DNA of 64,000 nucleotides from Eledone cirrhosa (lineage: Eukaryota), in assembly GCA_964016885.1 (NCBI GenBank), contig CAXHJY010000096.1, positions 1,302,001-1,366,000 of the forward strand, given 5' to 3'. Below, in pieces: positions 52,401-64,000 of this stretch. Under the pieces are notes generated by a model. It searched no databases and had not been told where the DNA came from. It saw only the letters and a program-made list of their open reading frames with translations. Position 1 is the stretch's first letter. Each line of letters opens with the position of its first letter. The position numbers and the translations under genes were made by a program.

Positions 52401-55400
52401 ATCAAGGGGAGATAATTTTCAGCCGTCCAAGGGGAGGTAATATCTAGCCGTCCAAGGGGAGATAATTTCCAGCCGTCCAACGGGAGATAATTTCCAGCCG
52501 TCCAAGGGTAGATAATATCCAGCCGCCCAAGGACATATTTTCCAGCCGTCCAAGGAGAGGTAATTTCTAGCCGTCCAAGGGGAGATAATTTCCAGCCGTC
52601 CAAGGGTAGATAATATCCAGCCGTCCAAGGACATATTTTCCAGCCGTCCAAGGAGAGGTAATTTCTAGCCGTCCAAGGGGAGATAAATTCCAGCCTCCAA
52701 GGGGAGATAATTTCCAGCCAGCCAAGGGGAGATAATTTGTAAAAAAATCAGGGGGAGATAATTTGTAAAAAAAATCAGGGGGAGATAATTTGTAAAAAAA
52801 AATCAGGAGATAATTTGTAAAAAAAAATCAGGGGGAGATAATTTGCAAAAAAAATCAGGGGGAGATAATTTGTAAAAAAAAATCAGGGGTAGATAATTTG
52901 TAAAAAAAAATCAGGGGGAGATAATTTGTAAAAAAAAATCAGGGGGAGATAATTTGTAAAAAAAATCAAGGGGAGATAATTTCCAGCCGTCCAAGGAGAG
53001 ATAATTTTAAAAAAAATCAGGCGGAGATAATTTGTAAAAAAAAATCAGGGGGAGATAATTTGTAAAAAAAAATCAGGGGAAGATAATTTGTAAAAAAAAA
53101 TCAGGGGGAGATAATTTGTAAAAAAAATCAGGAGGAGATAATTTGTAAAAAAAATCAAGGGGAGATAATTTCCAGCCGTCCAAGGAGAGATAATTTAAAA
53201 AAAAATCAGGCGGAGATAATTTGTAAAAAAAAATCAGGGGGAGATAATTTGTAAAAAAAAATCAGGGGGAGATAATTTGTAAAAAAAATCAAGGGGAGAT
53301 AATTTCCAGCCGTCCAAGGGGAGATAATTTTCAGCCGTCCAAGGAGAGGTAATTTCTAACCGTCCGAGGAGAGATAATTTCCAGCCGTCCAAGGGGAGAT
53401 AATTTCCAGCCGTCCAAGGGGAGATAATTTCCAGCCGTCCAAGGAGACATATTTTCCAGCTGTCCAAGGAGAGGTAATTTCTAGCCGTCCAAGGGGAGAT
53501 AAATTCCAGCCTCCAAGGGGAGATAATTTCCAGCCAGCCAAGGGGAGATAATTTGTAAAAAAATCAGGGGGAGATAATTTGCAAAAAAAATCAGGGGGAG
53601 ATAATTTGTAAAAAAAATCAGGGGGAGATAATTTGTAAAAAATAATCAGGGGGAGATAATTTCCAGCCGTCCAAGGGAAGATAATTTCCAGCCCTCCAAG
53701 GGGCTATAATTTCCAGTGTCCAAGGGGAGATAATTTCCAGCCAGCGAAGGGGAGATAATTTTTTTAAAAAAATCATTGGGAGATTTGTAAAAAAAATCAG
53801 GGGGAGATAATTTGTAAAAAAAATCAAGGGGAGATAATTTCCAGCCGTCCAAGGGGAGGTAATATCTAGCCGTCCAAGGGGAGATAATTTCCAGCCGTCC
53901 AAGGGGAGATAATTTCCAGCCGTCCAAGGGTAGATAATATCCAGCCGCCCAAGGACATATTTTCCAGCCGTCCAAGGAGAGGTAATTTCTAGCCGTCCAA
54001 GGGGAGATAAATTCCAGCCTCCGAGGGGAGATAATTTCCAGCCAGCCAAGGGGAGATAATTTGTAAAAAAATCAGGGGGAGATAATTTGTAAAAAAAATC
54101 AGGGGGAGATAATTTGTAAAAAAAAATCAGGGGGAGATAATTTGTAAAAAAAAATCAGGGGGAGATAATTTGCAAAAAAAATCAGGGGGAGATAATTTGT
54201 AAAAAAAAATCAGGGGTAGATAATTTGTAAAAAAAAATCAGGGGGAGATAATTTGTAAAAAAAAATCAGGGGGAGATAATTTGTAAAAAAAATCAAGGGG
54301 AGATAATTTCCAGCCGTCCAAGGAGAGATAATTTAAAAAAAAATCAGGCGGAGATAATTTGTAAAAAAAAATCAGGGGGAGATAATTTGTAAAAAAAATC
54401 AGGGGGAGATAATTTGTAAAAAAAAATCAGGGGTAGATAATTTGTAAAAAAAAATCAGGGGGAGATAATTTGTAAAAAAAAATCAGGGGGAGATAATTTG
54501 TAAAAAAAATCAAGGGGAGATAATTTCCAGCCGTCCAAGGAGAGATAATTTTAAAAAAAATCAGGCGGAGATAATTTGTAAAAAAAAATTAGGGGGAGAT
54601 AATTTGTAAAAAAAAATCAGGGGGAGATAATTTGTAAAAAAAATCAAGGGGAGATAATTTCCAGCCGTCCAAGGGGAGATAATTTTCAGCCGTCCAAGGG
54701 GAGATAATTTCCCGCCAGCCAAGGGAAGATAATATTAAAAAAAATCAGGCGGAGATAATTTGTAAAAAAAATCAGGGGGAGATAATTTGTAAAAAAATCA
54801 GGGGGAGATAATTTGTAAAAAAAAAAATCAGGGGGAGATAATTTGTAAAAAAAATCAGGGGGAGATAATTTGTAAAAAAAAATCAGGGGTAGATAATTTG
54901 TAAAAAAAAATCAGGGGGAGATAATTTGTAAAAAAAAATCAGGGGGAGATAATTTGTAAAAAAAATGAAAGGGGAGATAATATCCAGCCGTCCAAGGGGA
55001 GATAATTTCCAGCCGTCCAAGGGGAGATAATTTCCAGCCGTCCAAGGGGAGAAAATTTCCATCCTTCCAAGGGGATATAATTTCCAGCCGTCCAAGGGGA
55101 GATAATTTCCATCCTTCCAAGGGGATATAATTTCCAGCCGTCCAAGGGGAGATAATTTTCAGCCGTCCAAGGAGAGGTAATTTCTAGCCGTCCAAGGAGA
55201 GATAATTTCCAGCCGTCCAAGGGGAGATAATTTCCAGCCGTCCAAGGGGAGATAATTTCCAGCCGTCCAAGGAGACATATTTTCCAGCCGTCCAAGGAGA
55301 GGTAATTCCTAGCCGTCCAAGGGGAGATAAATTCCAGCCTCCAAGGGGAGATAATTTCCAGCCAGCCAAGGGGAGATAATTTGTAAAAAAAATCAGGGGG

Positions 55401-55930
55401 AGATAATTTCTAAAAAAAATCAGGGGGAGATAATTTGTAAAAAAAAATCAGGGGGAGATAATTTGTAAAAAATAATCAGGGGGAGATAATTTGTAAAAAA
55501 AATCAAGGGGAGATAATTTCCAGCCGTCCAAGGGGAGATAATTTTCAGCCGTCCAAGGGGAGATAATTTCCCGCCAGCCAAGGGAAGATAATATTTAAAA
55601 AAATTAGGCGGAGATAATTTGTAAAAAAAATCAGGGGGAGATAATTTGTAAAAAAATCAGGGGGAGATAATTTGTAAAAAAAATCAGGGGGAGATAATTT
55701 GTAAAAAAAATCAGGGGGAGATAATTTGTAAAAAAAAATCAGGGGTAGATAATTTGTAAAAAAAAATCAGGGGGAGATAATTTGTAAAAAAAAATCAGGG
55801 GGAGATAATTTGTAAAAAAAATCAAGGGGAGATAATTTCCAGCCGTCCAAGGAGAGATAATTTTAAAAAAAATCAGGCGGAGATAATTTGTAAAAAAAAA
55901 TCAGGGGGAGATAATTTGTAAAAAAAATCA
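49430..55930 (+). repeat. Long-range copy of window start (~1-4,560)
   Basis: ORF offsets are 205->49635 (49,430), 1891->51317 (49,426), and 1891->53234 and 3540->54883 (51,343). Shared markers are TTCTAACCGTCCGAGG, CCAGTGTCC and GGAGAAAATTTCCATCC. Confidence 0.85.
50490..54260 (+). repeat. Slightly diverged tandem duplication, period 1,917 bp
   Basis: ORF offsets 51317->53234 and 51701->53618 are 1,917. The marker TTCTAACCGTCCGAGG occurs at about 51437 and 53354. A few SNPs and 3-bp deletions differ. Confidence 0.85.
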
Positions 55931-58900
55931 AGGGGAGATAATTTCCAGCAGTCCAAGGGGAGATAATTTTCAGCCGTCCAAGGGGAGATAATTTCCCGCC
56001 AGCCAAGGGAAGATAATTTCCAGCCCTCCAAGGGGCTATAATTTCCAGCGTCCAAGGGGAGATAATTTCCAGCCAGCGAAGGGGAGATAATTTTTTTAAA
56101 AAAATCATTGGGAGATTTGTAAAAAAAATCAGGGGGAGATAATTTGTAAAAAAAATCAAGGGGAGATAATTTCCAGCCGTCCAAGGGGAGGTAATATCTA
56201 GCCGTCCAAGGGTAGATAATTTCCAGCCGTCCAACGGGAGATAATTTCCAGCCGTCCAAGGGTAGATAATATCCAGCCGCCCAAGGACATATTTTCCAGC
56301 CGTCCAAGGAGAGGTAATTTCTAGCCGTCCAAGGGGAGATAATTTCCAGCCGTCCAAGGGTAGATAATATCCAGCCGTCCAAGGACATATTTTCCAGCCG
56401 TCCAAGGAGAGGTAATTTCTAGCCGTCCAAGGGGAGATAAATTCCAGCCTCCAAGGGGAGATAATTTCCAGCCAGCCAAGGGGAGATAATTTGTAAAAAA
56501 ATCAGGGGGAGATAATTTGTAAAAAAAATCAGGGGGAGATAATTTGTAAAAAAAAATCAGGGGGAGATAATTTGTAAAAAAAAATCAGGGGGAGATAATT
56601 TGCAAAAAAAATCAGGGGGAGATAATTTGTAAAAAAAAATCAGGGGTAGATAATTTGTAAAAAAAAATCAGGGGGAGATAATTTGTAAAAAAAATCAGGG
56701 GGAGATAATTTGTAAAAAAAATCAAGGGGAGATAATTTCCAGCCGTCCAAGGAGAGATAATTTTAAAAAAAATCAGGCGGAGATAATTTGTAAAAAAAAA
56801 TCAGGGGGAGATAATTTGTAAAAAAAAATCAGGGGGAGATAATTTGTAAAAAAAAATCAGGGGGAGATAATTTGTAAAAAAAATCAGGAGGAGATAATTT
56901 GTAAAAAAAATCAAGGGGAGATAATTTCGAGCCGTCCAAGGAGAGATAATTTAAAAAAAAATCAGGCGGAGATAATTTGTAAAAAAAAATCAGGGGGAGA
57001 TAATTTGTAAAAAAAAATCAGGGGGAGATAATTTGTAAAAAAAATCAAGGGGAGATAATTTCCAGCCGTCCAAGGGGAGATAATTTTCAGCCGTCCAAGG
57101 GGAGATAATTTCCCGCCAGCCAAGGGAAGATAATATTCAAAAAAATCAGGCGGAGATAATTTGTAAAAAAAATCAGGGGGAGATAATTTGTAAAAAAATC
57201 AGGGGGAGATAATTTGTAAAAAAAAAAATCAGGGGGAGATAATTTGTAAAAAAAATCAGGGGGAGATAATTTGTAAAAAAAAATCAGGGGTAGATAATTT
57301 GTAAAAAAAAATCAGGGGTAGATAAATTGTAAAAAAAAATCAGGGGGAGATAATTTGTAAAAAAAATCAGGGGGAGATAATTTGTAAAAAAAATGAAAGG
57401 GGAGATAATATCCAGCCGTCCAAGGGGAGATAATTTCCAGCCGTCCAAGGGGAGATAATTTCCAGCCGTCCAAGGGGAGATAATTTCCATCCTTCCAAGG
57501 GGATATAATTTCCAGCCGTCCAAGGGGAGATAATTTCCCGCCAGCCAAGGGAAGATAATTTTTAAAAAAATCAGGCGGAGATTGTAAAAAAAATCAGGGG
57601 GGAGATAATTTGTAAAAAAATCAGGGGGAGATAATTTGTAAAAAAAAATCAGGGGGAGATAATTTGTAAAAAATATTCAGGGGGAGATAATTTGTAAAAA
57701 AAATCAAGGGGAGATAATTTCCAGCCGTCCAAGGGGAGATAATTTCCCGCCAGCCAAGGGAAGATAATATTTAAAAAAATTAGGCGGAGATAATTTGTAA
57801 AAAAAATCAGGGGGAGATAATTTGTAAAAAAATCAGGGGGAGATAATTTGTAAAAAAAATCAGGGGGAGATAATTTGTAAAAAAATTCATGTGGAGATAA
57901 TTTGTAAAAAAAAATCAGGGGTAGATAATTTGTAAAAAAAAATCAGGGGGAGATAATTTGTAAAAAAAAATCAGGGGGAGATAATTTGTAAAAAAAATCA
58001 AGGGGAGATAATTTCCAGCCGTCCAAGGGGAGATAATTTTCAGCCGTCCAAGGAGAGGTAATTTCTAGCCGTCCAAGGGGAGATAATTTCCAGCCGTCCA
58101 AGGGGAGGTAATTTCCAGCCGTCCAAGGGGAGATAATTTTAAAAAAAAAATCAGTCGGAGATAATTTGTAAAAAAAATCAAGGGGAGATAATTTGCAGCC
58201 GTCCAAGGGGAGATAATTTTCAGTCGTCCAAGGAGAGGTAATTTCTAGCCGTCCAAGGGGAGATAATTGCCAGCCGTCCAAGGGGAGATAATTTCCAGCC
58301 GTCCAAGGGGAGATAATTTTTTTTTAAAAATCAGGCGGAGATAATTTGTAAAAAAAATCAGGGGGAGATAATTTGTAAACAAAATCAGGGGGAGATAATT
58401 TGTAAAAAAAAATCAGGGGGAGATAATTTGTAAAAAAAATCATGGAGAGATAATTTCCAGCCGTCCAAGGTGAGATAATTTCCACCCGTCCAAGGAGACA
58501 TATTTTCCAGCCGTCCAAGGCGAGGTAATTTCTAGCCGTCCAAGGGGAGATAAATTCCAGCCTCCAAGGGGAGATAATTTCCAGCTAGCCAAGTGGAGAT
58601 AATTTGTAAAAAAATCAGGGGGAGATAATTTGTAAAAAATATCAGGGAGATAATTTGTAAAAAAAAATCAGGGGGAGATAATTTGTAAAAAAAATCAGGG
58701 GGAGATAATTTGTAAAAAAAAATCAGGGGGAGATAATTTGTAAAAAAAATCAAGGGGAGATAATTTCCAGCCGTCCAAGGGGAGATAATTTTCAGCCGTC
58801 CAAGGGGAGATAATTTCCCGCCAGCCAAGGGAAGATAATATTTAAAAAAATCAGGCGGAGATAATTTGTAAAAAAAATCAGGGGGAGATAATTTGTAAAA

Positions 58901-61319
58901 AAATCAGGGGGAGATAATTTGTAAAAAAAAATCAGGGGGAGATAATTTGTAAAAAAAATCAGGGGGAGATAATTTGTAAAAAAAAATCAGGGATAGATAA
59001 TTTGTAAACAAAAATCAGGGGGAGATAATTTGTAAAAAAAAATCAGGGGGAGATAATTTGTAAAAAAAATGAAAGGGGAGATAATATCCAGCCGTCCAAG
59101 GGGAGATAATTTCCAGCCGTCCAAGGGGATATAATTTCCAGCCGTCCAAGGGGAGATAATTTCCATCCTTCCAAGGGGATATAATTTCCAGCCGTCCAAG
59201 GGGAGATAATTTCCCGCCAGCCAAGGGAAGATAATTTTTAAAAAAATCAGGCGGAGATTGTAAAAAAAATCAGGGGGGAGATAATTTGTAAAAAAATCAG
59301 GGGGAGATAATTTGTAAAAAATAATCAGCGGGAGATAATTTGTAAAAAAATTCAAGGGGAGATAATTTCCAGCCGTCCAAGGGGAGATAATTTCCCGCCA
59401 GCCAAGGGAAGATAATATTTAAAAAAATTAGGCGGAGATAATTTGTAAAAAAAATCAGGGGGAGATAATTTGTAAAAAAATCAGGGGGAGATAATTTGTA
59501 AAAAAAATCAGGGGGAGATAATTTGTAAAAAAAATCATGGGGAGATAATTTGTAAAAAAAAATCAGGGGTAGATAATTTGTAAAAAAAAATCAGGGGGAG
59601 ATAATTTGTAAAAAAAAATCAGGGGGAGATAATTTGTAAAAAAAATCAAGGGGAGATAATATCCAGCCGTCCAAGGAGAGATAATTTAAAAAAAAAATGA
59701 GGCGGAGATAATTTGTAAAAAAAAAATCAGGGGGAGTTAATTTGTAAAAAAAAATGAGGGGGAGATAATTTGTAAAAAAAATCAAGGGGAGATAATTTCC
59801 AGCCGTCCAAGGGGAGATAATTTTCAGCCGTCCAAGGAGAGGTAATTTCTAGCCGTCCAAGGGGAGATAATTTCCAGCCGTCCAAGGGGAGGTAATTTCC
59901 AGCCGTCCAAGGGGAGATAATTTTAAAAAAAAAATCAGGCGGAGATAATTTGTAAAAAAAATCAAGGGGAGATAATTTGCAGCCGTCCAAGGGGAGATAA
60001 TTTTCAGTCGTCCAAGGAGAGGTAATTTCTAGCCGTCCAAGGGGAGATAATTTCCAGCCGTCCAAGGGGAGATAATTTCCAGCCGTCCAAGGGGAGATAA
60101 TTTTTTTTAAAAAATCAGGCGGAGATAATTTGTAAAAAAAATCAGGGGGAGATAATTTGTAAACAAAATCAGGGGGAGATAATTTGTAAAAAAAAATCAG
60201 GGGGAGATAATTTGTAAAAAAAATTAGGCGTAGATAATTTGTAAAAAAAAATCAGGGGGAGATAATTTGTAAAAAAAAATCAGGGGGAGATAATTTGTTT
60301 AAAAAATCAAGGGGAGATAATTTGCAGCCGTCCAAGGGGAGATAATTTTCAGCCGTCCAAGGAGAGGTAATTTCTAGCCGTTCAAGGGGAGATAATTTCC
60401 AGCCGTCCAAGGGGAGATAATTTCCAGCCGTCCAAGGGGAGATAATTTTTTTTAAAAAATCAGGCGGAGATAATTTGTAAAAAAAAATCAGGGGGAGATA
60501 ATTCGTAAAAAAAAATCAGGGGGAGATAATTTGTAAAAAAAAATCAGGGGGAGATAATTTGTAAAAAAAATCAAGGGGAGATAATTTCCAGCCGTCCAAG
60601 GGGAGGTAATATCTAGCCGTCCAAGGGGAGATAATTTCCAGCCGTCCAAGGGGAGATAATTTCCAGCCGTCCAAGGGGAGATAATTTCCAGCCGTCCAAG
60701 GAGACATATTTTCCAGCCGTCCAAGGCGAGGTAATTTCTAGCCGTCCAAGGGGAGATTAATTCCAGCCTCCAAGGGGAGATAATTTCCAGCCAGCCAAGG
60801 GGAGATAATTTGTAAAAAAATCAGGGGGAGATAATTTGTAAAAAATATCAGGGAGATAATTTGTAAAAAAAAATCAGGGGGAGATAATTTGTAAAAAAAA
60901 TCAGGGGGAGATAATTTGTAAAAAAAAATCAGGGGGAGATAATTTGTAAAAAAAATCAAGGGGAGATAATTTCCAGCCGTCCAAGGGGAGATAATTTTCA
61001 GCCGTCCAAGGAGAGGTAATTTCTAACCGTCCGAGGAGAGATAATTTCCAGCCGTCCAAGGGGAGATAATTTCCAGCCGTCCAAGGGGAGATAATTTCCA
61101 GCCGTCCAAGGAGACATATTTTCCAGCCGTCCAAGGAGAGGTAATTTCTAGCCGTCCAAGGGGAGATAAATTCCAGCCTCCAAGGGGAGATAATTTCCAG
61201 CCAGCCAAGGGGAGATAATTTGTAAAAAAATCAGGGGGAGATAATTTGCAAAAAAAATCAGGGGGAGATAATTTGTAAAAAAAATCAGGGGGAGATAATT
61301 TGTAAAAAATAATCAGGGG

Positions 61320-64000
61320 GAGATAATTTCCAGCCGTCCAAGGGAAGATAATTTCCAGCCCTCCAAGGGGCTATAATTTCCAGTGTCCAAGGGGAGATAA
61401 TTTCCAGCCAGCGAAGGGGAGATAATTTTTTTTAAAAAATCATTGGGAGATTTGTAAAAAAAATCAGGGGGAGATAATTTGTAAAAAAAGTCAAGGGGAG
61501 ATAATTTCCAGCCGTCCAAGGGGAGGTAATATCTAGCCGTCCAAGGGTAGATAATTTCCAGCCGTCCAACGGGAGATAATTTCCAGCCGTCCAAGGGTAG
61601 ATAATATCCAGCCGCCCAAGGACATATTTTCCAGCCGTCCAAGGAGAGGTAATTTCTAGCCGTCCAAGGGGAGATAATTTCCAGCCGTCCAAGGGTAGAT
61701 AATATCCAGCCGTCCAAGGACATATTTTCCAGCCGTCCAAGGAGAGGTAATTTCTAGCCGTCCAAGGGGAGATAAATTCCAGCCTCCAAGGGGAGATAAT
61801 TTCCAGCCAGCCAAGGGGAGATAATTTGTAAAAAAATCAGGGGGAGATAATTTGTAAAAAAAATCAGGGGGAGATAATTTGTAAAAAAAAATCAGGGGGA
61901 GATAATTTGTAAAAAAAAATCAGGGTGAGATAATTTGCAAAAAAAATCAGGGGGAGATAATTTGTAAAAGAAAATCAGGGGTAGATAATTTGTAAAAAAA
62001 AATCAGGGGGAGATAATTTGTAAAAAAAAATCAGGGGGAGATAATTTGTAAAAAAAATCAAGGGGAGATAATTTCCAGCCGTCCAAGGAGAGATAATTTA
62101 AAAAAAAATCAGGCGGAGATAATTTGTAAAAAAAAATCAGGGGGAGATAATTTGTAAAAAAAATCAGGGGGAGATAATTTGTAAAAAAAAATCAGGGGTA
62201 GATAATTTGTAAAAAAAAATCAGGGGGAGATAATTTGTAAAAAAAAATCAGGAGGAGATAATTTGTAAAAAAAATCAAGGGGAGATAATTTCCAGCCGTC
62301 CAAGGAGAGATAATTTTAAAAAAAATCAGGCGGAGATAATTTGTAAAAAAAAATCAGGGGGAGATAATTTGTAAAAAAAAATCAGGGGGAGATAATTTGT
62401 AAAAAAAATCAAGGGGAGATAATTTCCAGCCGTCCAAGGGGAGATAATTTTCAGCCGTCCAAGGGGAGATAATTTCCCGCCAGCCAAGGGAAGATAATAT
62501 TCAAAAAAATCAGGCGGAGATAATTTGTAAAAAAAATCAGGGGGAGATAATTTGTAAAAAAATCAGGGGGAGATAATTTGTAAAAAAAAAAATCAGGGGG
62601 AGATAATTTGTAAAAAAAATCAGGGGGAGATAATTTGTAAAAAAAATCAGGGGTAGATAATTTGTAAAAAAAAATCAGGGGGAGATAATTTGTAAAAAAA
62701 AATCAGGGGGAGATAATTTGTAAAAAAAATGAAAGGGGAGATAATATCCAGCCGTCCAAGGGGAGATAATTTCCAGCCGTCCAAGGGGAGATAATTTCCA
62801 GCCGTCCAAGGGGAGATAATTTCCATCCTTCCAAGGGGATATAATTTCCAGCCGTCCAAGGGGAGATAATTTCCATCCTTCCAAGGGGATATAATTTCCA
62901 GCCGTCCAAGGGGAGATAATTTTCAGCCGTCCAAGGAGAGGTAATTTCTAGCCGTCCAAGGAGAGATAATTTCCAGCCGTCCAAGGGGAGATAATTTCCA
63001 GCCGTCCAAGGGGAGATAATTTCCAGCCGTCCAAGGAGACATATTTTCCAGCCGTCCAAGGAGAGGTAATTCCTAGCCGTCCAAGGGGAGATAAATTCCA
63101 GCCTCCAAGGGGAGATAATTTCCAGCCAGCCAAGGGGAGATAATTTGTAAAAAAAATCAGGGGGAGATAATTTGTAAAAAAAATCAGGGGGAGATAATTT
63201 GTAAAAAAAAATCAGGGGTAGATAATTTGTAAAAAATAATCAGGGGGAGATAATTTGTAAAAAAAATCAAGGGGAGATAATTTCCAGCCGTCCAAGGGGA
63301 GATAATTTTCAGCCGTCCAAGGGGAGATAATTTCCCGCCAGCCAAGGGAAGATAATATTTGAAAAAATTAGGCGGAGATAATTTGTAAAAAAAATCAGGG
63401 GGAGATAATTTGTAAAAAAATCAGGGGGAGATAATTTGTAAAAAAAATCAGGGGGAGATAATTTGTAAAAAAAATCAGGGGGAGATAATTTGTAAAAAAA
63501 AATCAGGGGGAGATAATTTGTAAAAAAAATCAAGGGGAGATAATTTCCAGCCGTCCAAGGGAAGATAATTTCCAGCCCTCCAAGGGGCTATAATTTCCAG
63601 CGTCCAAGGGGAGATAATTTCCAGCCAGCGAAGGGGAGATAATTTTTTTTAAAAAATCATTGGGAGATTTGTAAAAAAAATCAGGGGGAGATAATTTGTA
63701 AAAAAAATCAAGGGGAGATAATTTCCAGCCGTCCAAGGGGAGGTAATATCTAGCTGTCCAAGGGGAGATAATTTCCAGCCGTCCAAGGGGAGATAATTTC
63801 CAGCCGTCCAAGGGTAGATAATATCCAGCCGTCCAAGGACATATTTTCCAGCCGTCCAAGGAGAGGTAATTTCTAGCCGTCCAAGGGGAGATAAATTCCA
63901 GCCTCCAAGGTGAGATAATTTCCAGCCAGCCAAGGGGAGATAATTTGTAAAAAAATCAGGGGGAGATAATTTGTAAAAAAAATCAGGGGGAGATAATTTG
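61320..64000 (+). repeat. Long-range copy of ~5.7-8.3 kb region
   Basis: ORF offsets 6987->62647, 7649->63309 and 7870->63530 are all 55,660. Module order is the same, with scattered SNPs and an extra B monomer or so in the left part. Confidence 0.8.

Larger units (their letters stand above)
1..64000 (+). repeat. Composite two-monomer satellite array (25-bp type A + ~27-bp type B), extending beyond both window edges
   Basis: The core GGGGAGATAATTT or a close variant recurs every 23-30 bp from the first to the last line, always in the same orientation. It is followed by either CCAGCCGTCC (A) or GT(A)nTC (B). I saw no non-repeat sequence. Confidence 0.99.

Noticed and set aside
205-63933. About 200 minus-strand ORFs of 61-204 aa (LDGWKLSPLGRLEIISPWTAGNYLP and FFYKLSPPD repeats)
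   Set aside because: They overlap in all three frames and mostly start at the TTG inside the repeat. They follow a 25-bp period that is not a multiple of 3 and are broken by homopolymer indels. They exist only because the minus strand of type A lacks stops.
1-64000. CRISPR-like constant repeat plus spacer layout
   Set aside because: The 'spacers' are only two recurring 12-15-bp tails rather than unique sequences. The core is too short, and there is no leader or cas gene.
1-64000. Telomerase-made telomeric repeat (G-tract strand bias; ~25-bp units exist in some budding yeasts)
   Set aside because: Position-specific variants inherited across kb-scale duplications indicate recombinational copying rather than templated re-synthesis. 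The monomers match no telomere motif I know. A subtelomeric location cannot be excluded.
1-64000. Plasmid or viral iteron origin, or recombination-site (cassette) array
   Set aside because: There is no rep, integrase or other gene and no cassette content, and the copy number is orders of magnitude beyond known iteron arrays.
1-64000. Pure sequencing artefact or synthetic concatemer
   Set aside because: Hierarchically shared variants and reproducible homopolymer lengths across distant copies fit an evolved array. Individual near-identical duplications could still be misassemblies.
1-64000. A/B order as an information-bearing code
   Set aside because: The order is explained by reuse of a handful of modules through duplication, and nothing in the window suggests a reader or writer mechanism.

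Overview
The whole 64-kb window is one uninterrupted, head-to-tail, single-orientation tandem-repeat (satellite-type) array of roughly 2,400-2,500 monomers. I see no credible gene, RNA gene, transposon, CRISPR array or unique sequence. It is built from two monomers that share a 13-bp core (GGGGAGATAATTT) and differ in the tail. Type A is AAGGGGAGATAATTTCCAGCCGTCC (25 bp, 52% GC). Type B is AGGGGGAGATAATTTGT(A)nTC (n mostly 7-11; 27 bp and about 30% GC at n=8). A and B alternate in short runs that form recurring 0.1-0.6-kb modules with position-specific variant monomers. The modules are reshuffled and amplified by nested multi-kb tandem duplications (periods 5,173, 3,771, 7,876, about 9,227 and 1,917 bp, read from ORF-track offsets and shared private variants). 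All listed ORFs are artefacts of the nearly stop-free minus strand. The interest lies in the architecture: a two-letter satellite with strict junction rules, A-tract length barcodes, length-conserving T/A boundary sliding and a reconstructable duplication history. I do not recognise the repeat family or organism. A eukaryotic (peri)centromeric or heterochromatic satellite is an inference only. All counts and boundaries are by eye and approximate.
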